A DNA stretch of 23,277 nt from Chloropicon primus. Its lineage: Eukaryota. How positions within the stretch are numbered: the stretch's first letter is position 1; each line of letters opens with the position of its first letter. The notes beneath the pieces are model-generated. The model saw only the letters and a list, made by a program, of their open reading frames with translations, was not told where the DNA came from and ran no database searches. Location of the stretch: positions 744,001 to 767,277 of the forward strand of contig CP060762.1 in assembly GCA_023205875.1 (NCBI GenBank), in the 5' to 3' direction. A program made the translations under genes and the position numbers. Of the stretch, positions 8,768 through 19,705 are shown piece after piece.

Positions 8768-9770
8768 TCATACACTTGTTTTGCTTGCCAAGCTCTTTGG
8801 CATGGCCATTCCCATGGACACGACGACCTCGAGTCCTTCTCCGACGGTCAAGTTGGTGTGGATGACGTCCTCCTTGGACAGCATGTAGATGTCCCCAACG
8901 TACATGTGGTTCGTGGGCACGTACACGATGACGAGCTCCCCCTGTTCCTCCAGAAAGCAGTGGCCCGTCACAAAGGCAAGGGCGTACTCGCCGTGCCTCG
9001 GGTGCTTGATCAGCACGCACTCCTTGAAGGCGGCGTTTTCGGTCTTGGGGTCTATGGCCTGTCCGATCTGCTTCGCCGCCGAGTAAATCTGGGTCACGAA
9101 CGGCACCTTGGCGAAGATGTTTTCGCTCAGCTGGATGAAGAAACCCCCGACCCAAGACTGCGCCAGCATACCTGAGGGAGGAAAGGGAAAGCGTGCGGAG
9201 CCACTCGTGTCAGCAATCGTCTGTCGAGGGGAGATAATCGCGCGGCTGGTCTGCCATTGGTTTGCTTCACCCACCCGACATAAATATCACAGCCATCGCG
9301 GTGAGAAAGCCAAGCCCTGTGGAGAGACACGAAAAACGAGGCAGTGTCAGCGAAGGGGCGCAGGGCGGTGGCCGAGAGGCGCAAGGGACCCTGCGATAAC
9401 GATGCCTACCAGGAAGATAAAAGCCTATGACGTCTTTGAACATGGGCGAGAATATCCCGTCAACCTTCTCTACAATCCAGCTCGTGACCGCGAGGGTGAT
9501 GAAGACGGGAAGCAGGATCGCGCACCCACTCATGAACGTCTTCGACACCCAGCTCGTCGTCACGGTGGTGATGGTGGCCTCCACTGCCCGCATCGACGGC
9601 GAGGCAAGCAGCAAATCCTCCTCCTCCGCGGCTTGGTCCGGCACGACCGAGGACACGAACGACCCCGCGCCGAGGAATGTCCTCGTGGATGTGGGCAGTC
9701 CGTCCTCCTCTCCATCCGGGTGGCCGTACCTCAGGTCGTCGTTCTTCTTCGCCATCCCATTCCCTTTCAT
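8768..9770 (-). CDS. COV1: COV1/LCV-like membrane protein (DUF502), three exons: 9770-9410, 9316-9275, 9171-8768 (268 aa)
   Basis: Motifs SWVSKTFMSGCAILLPVFIT...VDGIFSP, GLGFLT..AVIF..G|ML AQSWVG, PFVTQIYSAAKQI, AFKECVLIKHPRHGEYA and VYVPTNHMYVGDI. Introns are canonical and phase-consistent. Confidence 0.9.
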
Positions 9771-9849
9771 GTCGTCGTCCTTGTTGTTGTTATTGTTGTT
9801 AATGCCTGTGATGGAATAGGTGTGGTCGTGTAATGTAATGGTAATGGCT

Positions 9850-9992
9850 CGTTGTTGTTGTTGTTGTTTTGTATGTGTTTGTGTTCTCCTTGTCTCGTTG
9901 TTGTGTCGTGTCGTGTCGTGTCGTGTTGTGTTGTGTTGTGTCCCCTTCCTGGTTCCTGGTTCCTCCTCGGTCGTGTGTGTGTCTCGTGTGTG
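9850..9992. repeat. GT-rich microsatellite block: (TTG)n, (GTGTC)n, (GTGTT)n
   Basis: Tandem runs read directly, upstream of the COV1-like gene in the divergent intergenic region. Confidence 0.8.
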
Positions 9993-10561
9993 TCCTCAAC
10001 GCTCTCTCGGCCGTTTCCTCCTCCTCCTCCTCCTCCGTTGGGAGACGTTCCAGAACCCAGGAGCCGAGGGCATCAGAGGCCCGGAGGCCCGGAGAAGGGG
10101 CGTTCGCCCTCCTCCCCCTGGCCGTGGCCTACGGACGAGTACGATTGGGAGCCCCCCCCCCGGCCCCAAGGACGAGTGGAAAGAGCCCCCCTCTTCCTTG
10201 TTGTCTCCTGGTCTTGTCTCCTCTTGGGGGGGGGGTTGTGTCTTGGGTTCGTATAAGGTATTCTTGGCCTCGCCCCAGGGGGAGCCACCACGCCAAGACG
10301 GCTCCAACGAAGAGAACAAGAGCAAGAGCAAGAGGAAGAGGAAGAGGAAGAGGAACGACAGAGAGGGGGCGGAGGACGCGGTACGATTGGATCTTCCACA
10401 CCCCGCACCACCACAACCACCACAACCACCACAAGGAGGACGAACAGGAACACCCTTGAGACCGGGAACACGAGACACGGAGAACACAACAACAAGGGAC
10501 GGAAAGGACCTGACCTGACTGAACCAGGGAGACACGGCGCCGGACTGCACGACGAGACAAG

Positions 10562-11749
10562 ATGACCTTGGACACCTACAAGAGTCCACACTCCGCGTCG
10601 CCAGCGCCGGAAGGAGAGAGGCACAAGAGGGCAAAGGAAATTGCCACCGAGGTGAGACAACGAACGAACGAACGGGGCGCGCTCCTTGGACTCCGGATCG
10701 ATTACCTCTAACACGAACACTCTTGGTTTTGCTTCACAGGAACACCCTTTCAGGATTTACATGGGATATGACAGCCACGAGGACATCACGTTTGAGGTGG
10801 CCAAGCACTCCATCGAGTCAAGGTCCTCCGTGCCTGTGGACATCTTCCCTCTCAAGCGCAAAGAACTTCAGGTAAGGGCTCCGGGAGGATCGTGGGGGAG
10901 CGAGGAAGGAGGGTTGCTGACAGCATTTTGCTCGTAATGTTTTTCCACGCAGCACCGAGGGATCTACAGGAGGGACCAAGACCCAAAGCAGACCACCGAG
11001 TTCACTTACTGCAGATTCTTCGTGCCATACCTGAGCAACTACAAAGGTGAGTGGGAAGCAAAGCAAAGGAAAGCGTGTTCTCCTCTGACTTGACCTGGTG
11101 TTCTGACCCCTTGTTACGCGCGTCGTCGTGCGTGTGTGTGTTCATCCAAGGTTGGGCGATGTTTGTGGACGATGACTTCCTTTGGCTCGGAGATATTGCC
11201 GACCTGCTAGACTACTGTGACGACAAGTACGCCATCATTTGTGTGAAGCACGACTACAAACCAAGCGTGACGACCAAGCTGGCCGGGAGAGAGCAGAGCA
11301 TCTACCCAAGGAAGAACTGGAGCAGCATGGTCTTGTGGAACTGCTCCCACCCAGCTAACCAGAACGTCAGCCTGAGCATGATCAACAAGGAGGGCGGGGC
11401 TTTCTTGCATAGGTTCACCTGGATCGAAGACGATTCTCTCATCGGTGAGGTTCCTTACCACTGGAACTTCTTGGTGGACTGGTACACCCCGTACACCGAG
11501 GAGGAGATCGAGAAGAAGGGAGGCAAGCCTGGCGCGATCCACTACACGGAGGGAGGCCCATGGTTCCCCGATTACCGCGATACCGACTATAGCAAGGAGT
11601 GGTTTGAGGAGCTCAAGGCCTACGAAGCTACGCTGAGCAAGCCAAGGCTGCTTTGCCCCTACGAGAGGTTCTCCGAGAAGGGCGTGGCCCCTCTGGAAGG
11701 GTACGCCAACTCTGGCGATTTGTGGGATTGGGAGCAGGATGAGGGCTGA
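10562..11749 (+). CDS. CDI: CDI-like nucleotide-diphospho-sugar transferase (GT8-like, GT-A fold), four exons: 10562-10651, 10740-10871, 10953-11046, 11151-11749 (304 aa)
   Basis: Motifs FRIYMGYDSHED...HSI, TEFTYCRFFVPYL.NYKG|WAMFVDDDFL (DxD), KHDYKP...KL.G..Q..YPRKNWSSMVLWNCSHP, GAFLHRFTW, WNFLV and AIHYTEGGPWF. All three introns are GT-AG and phase-consistent. Exon 1 is the least certain. Confidence 0.88.
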
Positions 11750-12449
11750 ACGAGTCCATGCGCGGAACCGGGCGGGGATTTTGTCAGTCCAGTTCTAGTG
11801 GATTCTCCCCCTGCGGTTTCTTCCTCCCCAACCTTCCTTTTGCGCTCCTCGCAGGATGTGGAGGTGTGGATGCCGACCCCTCGGGGTTACCTAAACCATC
11901 CTACTACAAATAAGTTATTTTCAATGGTTTTGTGTGTTTGTCCGTCGTCCTCGTCCTCCTGCATGTGTTGGTCATTGCCCTCCTTGTCTTGGTCCCTCCT
12001 TGTCTTGGCTTTGTCCTGCCTCCTTGTCTTGTCTTGTCTTGTCCTCCTCCCTCGTCAGTCAACCCGTGTGTCGTATTTCATTAATCCTTTCCCAAGAAAA
12101 GAACCAAGAAAAGAACCAAAGGGAAGGAAAGGAAAGCCCCTTTCCCTTTCCTCGAGAGGGGAGAGGAGGGGAGGGGAGGGGATCCCAACCATTCCATTCC
12201 ATCATCACCAGGCAGGCGGACCCAACACCGGGGGACCCAACACAACACAACACAACACAACAAGACCACCTCGATCCCTGTGTTGCTTGGGTTTCATTAA
12301 GGCTGAAACCGGTTGGTGCGAGGGGACGAACGCGAACGCCGCGGAGGAACTCCATTGAGACCTTGGACTCCATTGAGAGCCAACACAGAAGAGGGACGGT
12401 CAAAGGTGGTGGTTCGCTGTTGCAGTGGACGTGGCTCAAGACAGGCAAG

Positions 12450-14237
12450 ATGCTCGCCCCGAGGAACAGGAGGAGGCTGACGGGTCGAACGAACTTGAAG
12501 CAGATGGAGGAGCAGGAGACCAAGGCGAGCTTGGAAAGGAAGAGGCAGGCCAAGCAGAGGGAAAAGGAAAGGAGGAAGGGGTCCAGGCCCCGGGACAGCG
12601 ACGAGGAGGTCGTGGATAAGCTGGTGGGGGATTTGAAGGAGCGCTTCTATGAGAGGGGAAGCCTCGCGAAGTCCTTTTTGCAGCTGGACAAGGACTACAG
12701 CGGCTCGATTAGCGTGGACGAGTTCAGCACGTTTTTCAAGAACCTCGGTCACTCTTTGACCTCCGCCCAGTTGGAGCTCCTCCTGGCCAAGACGGACAGC
12801 GACAACAACAAAGCGGTCGACCTTGAGGAGTTCTGCTCCAATTTCGACGTACTGACGGACTCCCTGAAGCAAGACCAAGGCTTCAGCAACGTGAACACTG
12901 CGATTGGGGAGCTGGAGGCCCACCACGAGAGGGAGGACAAGGACAGCCAGGAGGCGGACAAGCTGAGCGACAAGGAGAATGGGGACGATCTGAACTCTTC
13001 CGAGGGCCTCGCTTCCACGAGCCACGACCACTCTGCTGAGCACGACGATGTCACCGTGCGCGTGCACTCCATCATCTCGCAGCTCAAGCGCAAGGTGGCC
13101 CAGAAGGGCAGCATGAGGACCGTCTTCAGGGAGTACGACGCCAACCACGATGGTTCCATCTCCAGGGACGAGTTCAGAGACGCTCTGAACAACCTCAACC
13201 TCCGGGTAACGGACAAGGAGCTCGACGCTTTGCTTGGAATGGTCGATTCGCACCACGAGGACCACTCTGAGATTATGTACGACGACTTTTGTGCCAAGTT
13301 CGGCGATGAGCAGCAGGGCGGCGGGATGGACTTGGGCGTTCACTCGCTTCCTGACTTTACTTCGGCCAAGCACAAGGCCGCTAGGCTGACCCCCAAGCTC
13401 ACCGAGCTGGCTCACAAGCTTCAAAGCGGTTCTGGCCTGGTGTGCTACCACAAGGTCCTCAAGGCCTTCCGGGACTTCGACACCGATGGCGCGGGAATGA
13501 TCTCCAGGGACGACTTTCGGTTCGCTGTCGACCGCGTGAGCCGCCTCGGGGCGACTACGGGGGCGTCCTCCTCGGTAGCCGGCTGGGAGCACGAGGTGGA
13601 CACCAAGGGCGGAGGGTACGTGGACTACGTGGCGTTCGTGGAGAGGCTGAGGCAGGCCGGAGTCAGCAAGCCTGCAGACTTTTTCTGGGGGGCCACGCGG
13701 CAGCCTGGTGGTGGTGGGAGAGATCCCAGGCAGAAGACGAGCAGCAGCAACCAGGAGAGCTTTGACTCGACTGGGTCGGCCGGCAGCACCAGCCCGGCCT
13801 GGGTCCAGAGCCCGATGCAGAGGCCCACCCGCTTCGAAAAATCGATGAAGCTGAGGTACAAGAACACGTCGTACATCACTTGCCCGCAGGAGGGGAGCCC
13901 GAGCTTTGTCTCGAGCGAGGAGAGGTTCCGCACCACCAGGCAGAGCGGCCTCGTGCGCGTCAGCGGAAGCGCGCACCAGGGCAGCGGCAAGCAGATCCCC
14001 GAGGCCAAGGCCGAGAGGATCCGGAACAACCAGAGGAGGATAGAGCTCACTCTCAAGGAGGAGGCCACGAGGAAAGCCCAGCAGGAGGCCGCCCGAATCG
14101 ACTCTCTCTTCCACCAGAGGCAGAACTACCTGGACAGGGTCAACCAGGCCAGCAGCATCGGCCAGCCCAAGGGCGTGAGAAATGGAACGCAAGTGGGAGT
14201 GTCCCAGACAAACATACTCACGGGCCTCACCGAGTAG
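12450..14237 (+). CDS. multi-EF-hand calcium-binding protein (three EF-hand pairs), 595 aa
   Basis: EF loops DKDYSGSISVDE, DSDNNKAVDLEE, DANHDGSISRDE and DTDGAGMISRDD, plus two degenerate partners. First ATG of the frame is at 12450, and codons are GC3-biased. Confidence 0.85.
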   Translation: MLAPRNRRRLTGRTNLKQMEEQETKASLERKRQAKQREKERRKGSRPRDSDEEVVDKLVGDLKERFYERGSLAKSFLQLDKDYSGSISVDEFSTFFKNLGHSLTSAQLELLLAKTDSDNNKAVDLEEFCSNFDVLTDSLKQDQGFSNVNTAIGELEAHHEREDKDSQEADKLSDKENGDDLNSSEGLASTSHDHSAEHDDVTVRVHSIISQLKRKVAQKGSMRTVFREYDANHDGSISRDEFRDALNNLNLRVTDKELDALLGMVDSHHEDHSEIMYDDFCAKFGDEQQGGGMDLGVHSLPDFTSAKHKAARLTPKLTELAHKLQSGSGLVCYHKVLKAFRDFDTDGAGMISRDDFRFAVDRVSRLGATTGASSSVAGWEHEVDTKGGGYVDYVAFVERLRQAGVSKPADFFWGATRQPGGGGRDPRQKTSSSNQESFDSTGSAGSTSPAWVQSPMQRPTRFEKSMKLRYKNTSYITCPQEGSPSFVSSEERFRTTRQSGLVRVSGSAHQGSGKQIPEAKAERIRNNQRRIELTLKEEATRKAQQEAARIDSLFHQRQNYLDRVNQASSIGQPKGVRNGTQVGVSQTNILTGLTE

Positions 14238-14294
14238 GGAGGGAGGGAGGAGGAAGGACACTCCTCGGTGGGTTACACGCACACAAGGGATAGT

Positions 14295-14311
14295 TGTAAC
14301 TAGGAATGTAA
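14295..14311 (+). promoter_or_regulatory. two TGTAA motifs, candidate chlorophyte-type polyadenylation signals of the EF-hand gene
   Basis: TGTAA at 14295-14299 and 14307-14311, 57-70 nt after the stop. UGUAA is the known Chlamydomonas-type poly(A) signal. Confidence 0.4.
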
Positions 14312-14750
14312 CCGTCTTGAAATCGAAACTCGCTCGCGATTGCTCCGTCTGAGGCCTTCAGTCGTCTTCAGTTGTCTTCTTCTTCCTCGCTCCTCGGTGT
14401 GGGTTGGCCACAAAAAAAAAAGAAAAAAAGCGACGAAAAGAAACACTTGGTATCACAAGACGAGCGAAAACCACTCAAGGCCACATTAAATAAAGATGGA
14501 AAGGTGGTCTTGCACTTGCCGGACGGGCAGAGAAGGCAGCCGTATTCCAAGGCTCCCCTCCCCAACCCTTCCAGCGCTCCACCCCCTCTCCTGGTCTCCC
14601 CAGAGCCTCGAGCTCTCGTTCCCGCTCCGTCCCGGTCCCCGCACCTCTTCCCATCCTCCTCGGCCTCGTGGCACACATACCCTGCGCCCCTCCACCTCTC
14701 GAGATCGTCCGAAGCCCATGTCTGGCCTCAGGCGTTCCCTTGGGTGCTGC

Positions 14751-15071
14751 TTAGTCGAAGAGAGAGAATCCCATGTCGTCATCCGACTCCTCCTCCTCGG
14801 ACTCCTCCTTCTTCTCCTCGGCGTCACCTCCAGCGGCGGCCCCTCCCGCGGCTCCTCCCGCAGCTGGGGCTCCACCTCCCGCACCGACGTTGGTGATGAG
14901 TTCCTCGATGTCCTTCTTCTCCAACAACTTGGCGAAGAGTCCTGGCCAGTACGTCTCGAGTGTGACCCCAGCAGCCTTGCAGAGGGCGTCAATCTTATCG
15001 GCGGTGATGGCGATCCCGTCGTCGTGCAAGATAAGAGCAGCGTATGTGCAAGCGAGTTCCTGGTTGGACAT
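14751..15071 (-). CDS. RPLP1: 60S acidic ribosomal protein P1
   Basis: [27 protein letters not shown]...YWPGLFAK, an Ala/Gly hinge and a C-terminal [18 protein letters not shown]. Confidence 0.97.
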   Translation of the reverse strand: MSNQELACTYAALILHDDGIAITADKIDALCKAAGVTLETYWPGLFAKLLEKKDIEELITNVGAGGGAPAAGGAAGGAAAGGDAEEKKEESEEEESDDDMGFSLFD

Positions 15072-15409
15072 CTTGAAAGCTGTACTGTACGTCTAGGTAC
15101 TTGTTGTACTTTTTTTTTAAGCTCAAAGGGGTTTGTTGTTCCTTGGTCGAGCGCTAACAAAGCTTGTCTGAACCTCTGGCTTCTCTTCTCTTCTTCTCTT
15201 TGGGTTTTTTTTGGGGGGGGTTGGCGGCGGAATGTTGGTACATTTCCGTATGGGAATATTGGGAACATTTCTGGCGGGAGAGGGAGAACGAAGAACAAAG
15301 AAACACGAGAACGAGGAAGGCGGCCTTGTGGATAGGATAGGACGAGGGGACGGAGAGGGGGAACACGGAAGACGGGAGATAGGAGATAGGACACAGGATC
15401 AGGATCAGG

Positions 15410-16243
15410 ATGGCGATCACATACAACGGTAGACACTGTTACACTGGAATACACCATACCCAGACAACAACTGCCCCAGCAACAACTGCACCAGCAACAA
15501 CTGCGACGGCAACATGGAGGAGGAGGACCAAGAGGACGGTTGGAGTGTCCTGCCTCGCCTGGGGGACGGTGAGGGGAAGGAAAAACAACAACAAAAAGAA
15601 CAACAACATAAAAGGGGGGACAAACTGGGGAGGGGTTGTCGGGGCGGCGGGACCTAGGGACTTTGTCGTGTTCGCGGTGGAGGTGGAGGCCCTGGACGAG
15701 CTGGAGATGGAGACCATGGAGAGAATGGAAAAAGCGACAGAGAAGCTCGGGGAGAACTTGCAGACGATAAGGACGGGGAGGGCCACGCCCGCACTGCTGG
15801 AGGGGGTCATGGTGGACTACTACGGAGCCCCGACGCCAATAAAGTCTTTGGCGAGCATCACCGTGCAGGACGGCGCCAACATCGTCGTCCAGCCCTTCGA
15901 CAAGAGCTGCTTGGGGGACGTGGAGAAGGCCGTGAGGGACTCCGACCTCGGGCTGAGCCCCACCAACGACGGGAGCATCGTGAGGATCAACGTGCCTCAG
16001 CTGACCGAGGAGAGGAGGAAGGAGATGGTCAAGGTGGTGAGCAAGTTCGGGGAGGAGAGCAAGGTGGCTATCAGGAACATCAGGAGGGACTGCAAGAAGA
16101 CCATCGACAAGTACCAGAAGGACGGCCTGTCCGAGGACCTCTGCAAGGACAAGGAGCAGGACATCCAGACCCTCACGGACGATTTCGTCAAGAAGATCGA
16201 CGAGGCCGTCAAGGCCAAGGAGAAGGAGATCACCAAGGTGTGA
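15410..16243 (+). CDS. frr: organellar (probably plastid) ribosome recycling factor, 277 aa
   Basis: Motifs IRTGRATPALL, VDYYGAPTP, LGLSPTNDG..VRINVPQLTEERRKEMVK, KVAIRNIRRD and KEKEITKV. A Thr/Ala/Arg-rich N-terminal extension of about 90 aa precedes the domain. Confidence 0.95.
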   Translation: MAITYNGRHCYTGIHHTQTTTAPATTAPATTATATWRRRTKRTVGVSCLAWGTVRGRKNNNKKNNNIKGGTNWGGVVGAAGPRDFVVFAVEVEALDELEMETMERMEKATEKLGENLQTIRTGRATPALLEGVMVDYYGAPTPIKSLASITVQDGANIVVQPFDKSCLGDVEKAVRDSDLGLSPTNDGSIVRINVPQLTEERRKEMVKVVSKFGEESKVAIRNIRRDCKKTIDKYQKDGLSEDLCKDKEQDIQTLTDDFVKKIDEAVKAKEKEITKV

Positions 16244-17102
16244 GGAGTCTCGCGCGCGCGCCGCGTCGGAAGAAAGGTGAGTGGGCTCTTGTCGACCATC
16301 TCTCCCTCTATCTCCCTCTCTCTCTCTCTCGCTCTGGGGACGAGTCGGCGAGGGGCACCGCGGCCCAAGCTTGAGTTCGATGATTAAAAGTTTGACAGAG
16401 GTATCGTCCTTTGATCGGGGCGATTTGGAAACGGAAGGGAATGATGCTCGGTCAAACGAATGAAAAGCGACCTTCCTCCCTTCATCTCCACACCTGTTCG
16501 TCTTCCCCACGCTCACGTTTTCGGTCGCCAGTTCCCGGTTTCCGCCAGTGATTTTGTATTATGAGAGCTGAGGACTCAAGCGTTTGCGAGCCGGATTGCC
16601 CCCGCCCCGCCCCGCCCAGGCAGAGCGCGTCTTTTCGTCGCCGAAGCCTTCTTCGGCCTGGTGTTCTGACCTTCGCCTTTTCATTCTCTTGCAGCAGAGA
16701 GCAAGTGTGATTAGAATGCCGATGACTTTGACTTTGAATGTAGCCTTACGCTTTTCCTTTATGCACTTCTGCTTCTCGGTGTCCTCCTTTCCTTTGCGGC
16801 CTCGATCTCGATCTCTCTCCACTAGAGACCCGGCCCAGCCTCTAGCTAGATCTCTTCCTCTTCCTCCATCTCCATTTCCCTCCCTCCAGTCCAGTCCAGT
16901 CCAGTGCGATTGAGGACGAGGTCGTCATTCCCTCCTCCTCTTCCTCTTCCTCGAGGGCCTTCTCGTGAGAGATCTGCAGAGGCAGAGGCGGCGTCCTGCA
17001 GAAAGGCGAAGGAGAAGGCGGGAGAGAGGAAGAGGAAGAGGAAGAGGCGCCGGCGTTACGTACGCGCGGCACGAGAGGGCAGGACACGGGCGAGACAAGG
17101 GA

Positions 17103-17190
17103 GTGTGTTCGTGCGGTCGTGTGTTCGTGCGGTCGTGTGTTCGTGCGGTCGTGTGTTCGTGCGGTCGTGTGTTCGTGTGTTCGTGTGTTC
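17103..17190. repeat. minisatellite (GTGTGTTCGTGCGGTC)x4 followed by (GTGTGTTC)x3
   Basis: Perfect 16-mer tandem at 17103-17166, then the 8-mer half unit to 17190, immediately upstream of the ABCF ATG. Confidence 0.9.
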
Positions 17191-17207
17191 CTCACACTTG
17201 CTTGCAA

Positions 17208-19484
17208 ATGGAGGAGTCTGATGTGAGTGGGAAGGTGGAGGCGTGGTTCGCGGAGGAGGTGGGGAGGAAGCACAAGACGGAAGTGGACCCAGACGTGGTG
17301 GAGTATGTTGTCGGGGTCGTCACCACGGACGAGGACTTGGTCGAGGGTTGTCGGCAAGGGGACTACTCGATCATCGTGGACGCCCTCGGACCCATGCTTG
17401 AGGATTGCTTGGGCCTCGAGGACCAGGAGGAAAAGGTCGCGGCGCTCTGCGAGTCCTTCGCCAAGCAGGTCTTGGTCCAGGGGGATGAACAAGATCAAGA
17501 TCAACAGCAACTTGAGCCCAGGGGGAAGGGGGTCGAGGAGAACGGCAACGGGAGAGGAGGGGGCGGTGGGGGGTTCATGATCGCCGAGGCGGTGGCGAGC
17601 GACTCGTCTTACGCGGGCGAGCAGCGCCTGAAGGAGAACGTCCTTTCCTCGGAGCAGCTCATTGCGGAGTACCAGGTCCCTACCCTGCCCAAGGCGAGCG
17701 CCAAGGAAAGAGCCAAGCTGGAGAGGCGAAAGAGGAGGCAGGAGGAGCTCAGGGAGAAGGAGCTCGAGGAGCACAAGAAGCAGGTGCAGATGATGCTGGA
17801 CGAGCAGAGCGGAGGCGGCGAGGGGGAGGCGGCGATGCCCACCATTGTGAGGAACCAGGGCGGCCCGCCCATCGTGGACCTGAAGCTGGAGCAGCTCAGC
17901 GTGGACGTGGGAGGCAAGGAGCTGATCGAGAACTGCCAGCTGACCCTGATCAAAGGCCGGAGGTACGGCCTCGTCGGCAGGAACGGGACGGGGAAGACGT
18001 CCTTGCTCCGGCACCTGTGCAAGGAGAACGCCGTCAAGGGGATTCCCAGGAACTGCCAAATCCTCCACGTGGCCCAGGAGGTGAAGGGGGAGGACACCAC
18101 CGTGCTCGAGTCCGTGCTGGACTGCGACACGGAGAGGAAGCAGCTGCTGGAGAGGGAGAAGGAAATCCTTGCGCAGCAGGCCAAGGAGGGGGGAGGCAAG
18201 GGGGACGGGAAAGGGAGCGGGGAGCTGGAGCGGATCTACGACCGCCTGACGGAGATCGATGCCCACGAGGCGCCCTCGAAGGCCAGCAAGATCCTCCACG
18301 GCCTCTCCTTCGACGAGAGCATGCAGAAGAGGGCGACCAAGACCTTCTCGGGCGGCTGGCGCATGAGGATAGCCCTGGCCCGGGCGCTCTTCGTCCAGCC
18401 CGACCTGCTCCTCCTGGACGAGCCCACGAACCACCTGGACCTGCACGCGGTGATCTGGCTCGAGGAGTACCTGCTGAACTGGCCCACCATTCTCGTCGTG
18501 GTCAGTCACAGCAGGGGCTTCCTGGACTACCTTTGCACGGACATCGTCCACCTGCACTCCCGGAAGATCCAGGTCTACTCGGGCAACTACACCAACTTTG
18601 AGAAGGCGCGGAACGAGCAGCTGAGGAACGAGAAGAAGGCCTACGAGAGCGACCAGGCGAAGAGGAAGCACATGGAGGACTTCATCAACAGGTTCAGGGC
18701 GAACGCGAAGCGTGCCACGATGGTCCAGTCGAGGATCAAGGCGCTGAAGCGCATGGCGGAGGTGAGCCTGACGGAGGAAGATCCGGAGTACGTCTTCAGG
18801 TTCCCGGACCCCGGCCAGATCACCGGGTCTCTCATCTCCTTTGACGAGGTCTCCTTCGCTTACACGGGCAAGGACGGCGCGAGGGGCCCCACCCTCTTCG
18901 ACAAGGTCAGTTTCGGGGTGGACGCGGACAGCCGCATCGCGCTCGTCGGGGCCAATGGCGCGGGAAAGACGACCCTGCTCAACCTGATGACTGGCAGGCT
19001 GCAGTGCACCTCGGGGTACGTCAACAGATCCCCCCAAGTCCGGGTGAGCGTGTTCAGTCAGCACCACGTGGACGGCTTGGACTTGTGCCTGCGGCCCTTG
19101 GAGTACATGCTGAAGGAGTTCCCCAACACCAGCGACGACGTGATGCGCGGCCACCTCAGCAGGTTTGGGATCCCCCAGGAGCTGCAGATGCAGAACATGT
19201 ACAAGATGTCCGGAGGCCAGAAAAGCAGAGTCGCTTTTGCCAAGATCACCTTCGACAAACCCCACGTCTTGCTGTTGGACGAGCCCAGCAACCACCTTGA
19301 CATGGATGCCGTGGACGCCCTCATCCAGGGCCTCAACGTCTACAAGGGCTGCGTCATTCTCGTGTCCCACGACGAGCACCTCATCTCCGCATCGGCGAAC
19401 GAGCTGTGGGTGTGCGCGGACAAGAAAGTCACGAACTACAACGAGACCTTTGAGCACTACAAGAAGAGCTTGAGCAAAGCGTAG
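17208..19484 (+). CDS. ABCF3: ABC-F family ATPase (GCN20/ABCF3-like), 758 aa
   Basis: Two ABC domains (GRNGTGKT/FSGGWRMR/LLLLDEPTNHLD and GANGAGKT/MSGGQKSR/LLLDEPSNHLD), a linker FRANAKRATMVQSRIK, no transmembrane segments, and a eukaryotic N-terminal extension. Confidence 0.93.
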   Translation: MEESDVSGKVEAWFAEEVGRKHKTEVDPDVVEYVVGVVTTDEDLVEGCRQGDYSIIVDALGPMLEDCLGLEDQEEKVAALCESFAKQVLVQGDEQDQDQQQLEPRGKGVEENGNGRGGGGGGFMIAEAVASDSSYAGEQRLKENVLSSEQLIAEYQVPTLPKASAKERAKLERRKRRQEELREKELEEHKKQVQMMLDEQSGGGEGEAAMPTIVRNQGGPPIVDLKLEQLSVDVGGKELIENCQLTLIKGRRYGLVGRNGTGKTSLLRHLCKENAVKGIPRNCQILHVAQEVKGEDTTVLESVLDCDTERKQLLEREKEILAQQAKEGGGKGDGKGSGELERIYDRLTEIDAHEAPSKASKILHGLSFDESMQKRATKTFSGGWRMRIALARALFVQPDLLLLDEPTNHLDLHAVIWLEEYLLNWPTILVVVSHSRGFLDYLCTDIVHLHSRKIQVYSGNYTNFEKARNEQLRNEKKAYESDQAKRKHMEDFINRFRANAKRATMVQSRIKALKRMAEVSLTEEDPEYVFRFPDPGQITGSLISFDEVSFAYTGKDGARGPTLFDKVSFGVDADSRIALVGANGAGKTTLLNLMTGRLQCTSGYVNRSPQVRVSVFSQHHVDGLDLCLRPLEYMLKEFPNTSDDVMRGHLSRFGIPQELQMQNMYKMSGGQKSRVAFAKITFDKPHVLLLDEPSNHLDMDAVDALIQGLNVYKGCVILVSHDEHLISASANELWVCADKKVTNYNETFEHYKKSLSKA

Positions 19485-19705
19485 AGGGGGTTGAGGGGTT
19501 GAGGGGGGCGAGGAGGAGGAGGACGCGAGGCGGGATTGAGGCGGGGCGGGGCCTGTTGCGAAAACTTTCTGTAGGGTCAGAAGGGGTCGGCCTGCCGCCG
19601 GGAAGTTATTATGCGTTTCTTTCCTCTCCGTGTATGAATCATCACAGCAAACAAATGGAATTTTTTTGTGAAAAATTGTATTATTTTTTCTCCCCACCCT
19701 GGATT

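Noticed and set aside
11783..11854. Possible 3'-UTR intron after the CDI-like gene (GTCAGT...pyrimidine tract...GCAG)
   Set aside because: There is no clear branch site and no coding constraint to test it against; RNA-seq is needed.
16375..16790. Possible C/D snoRNAs in the AT-richer spacer between RRF and ABCF
   Set aside because: Only degenerate TGAT and CTGA motifs are present, with no convincing paired C/D boxes, terminal stem or rRNA guide.
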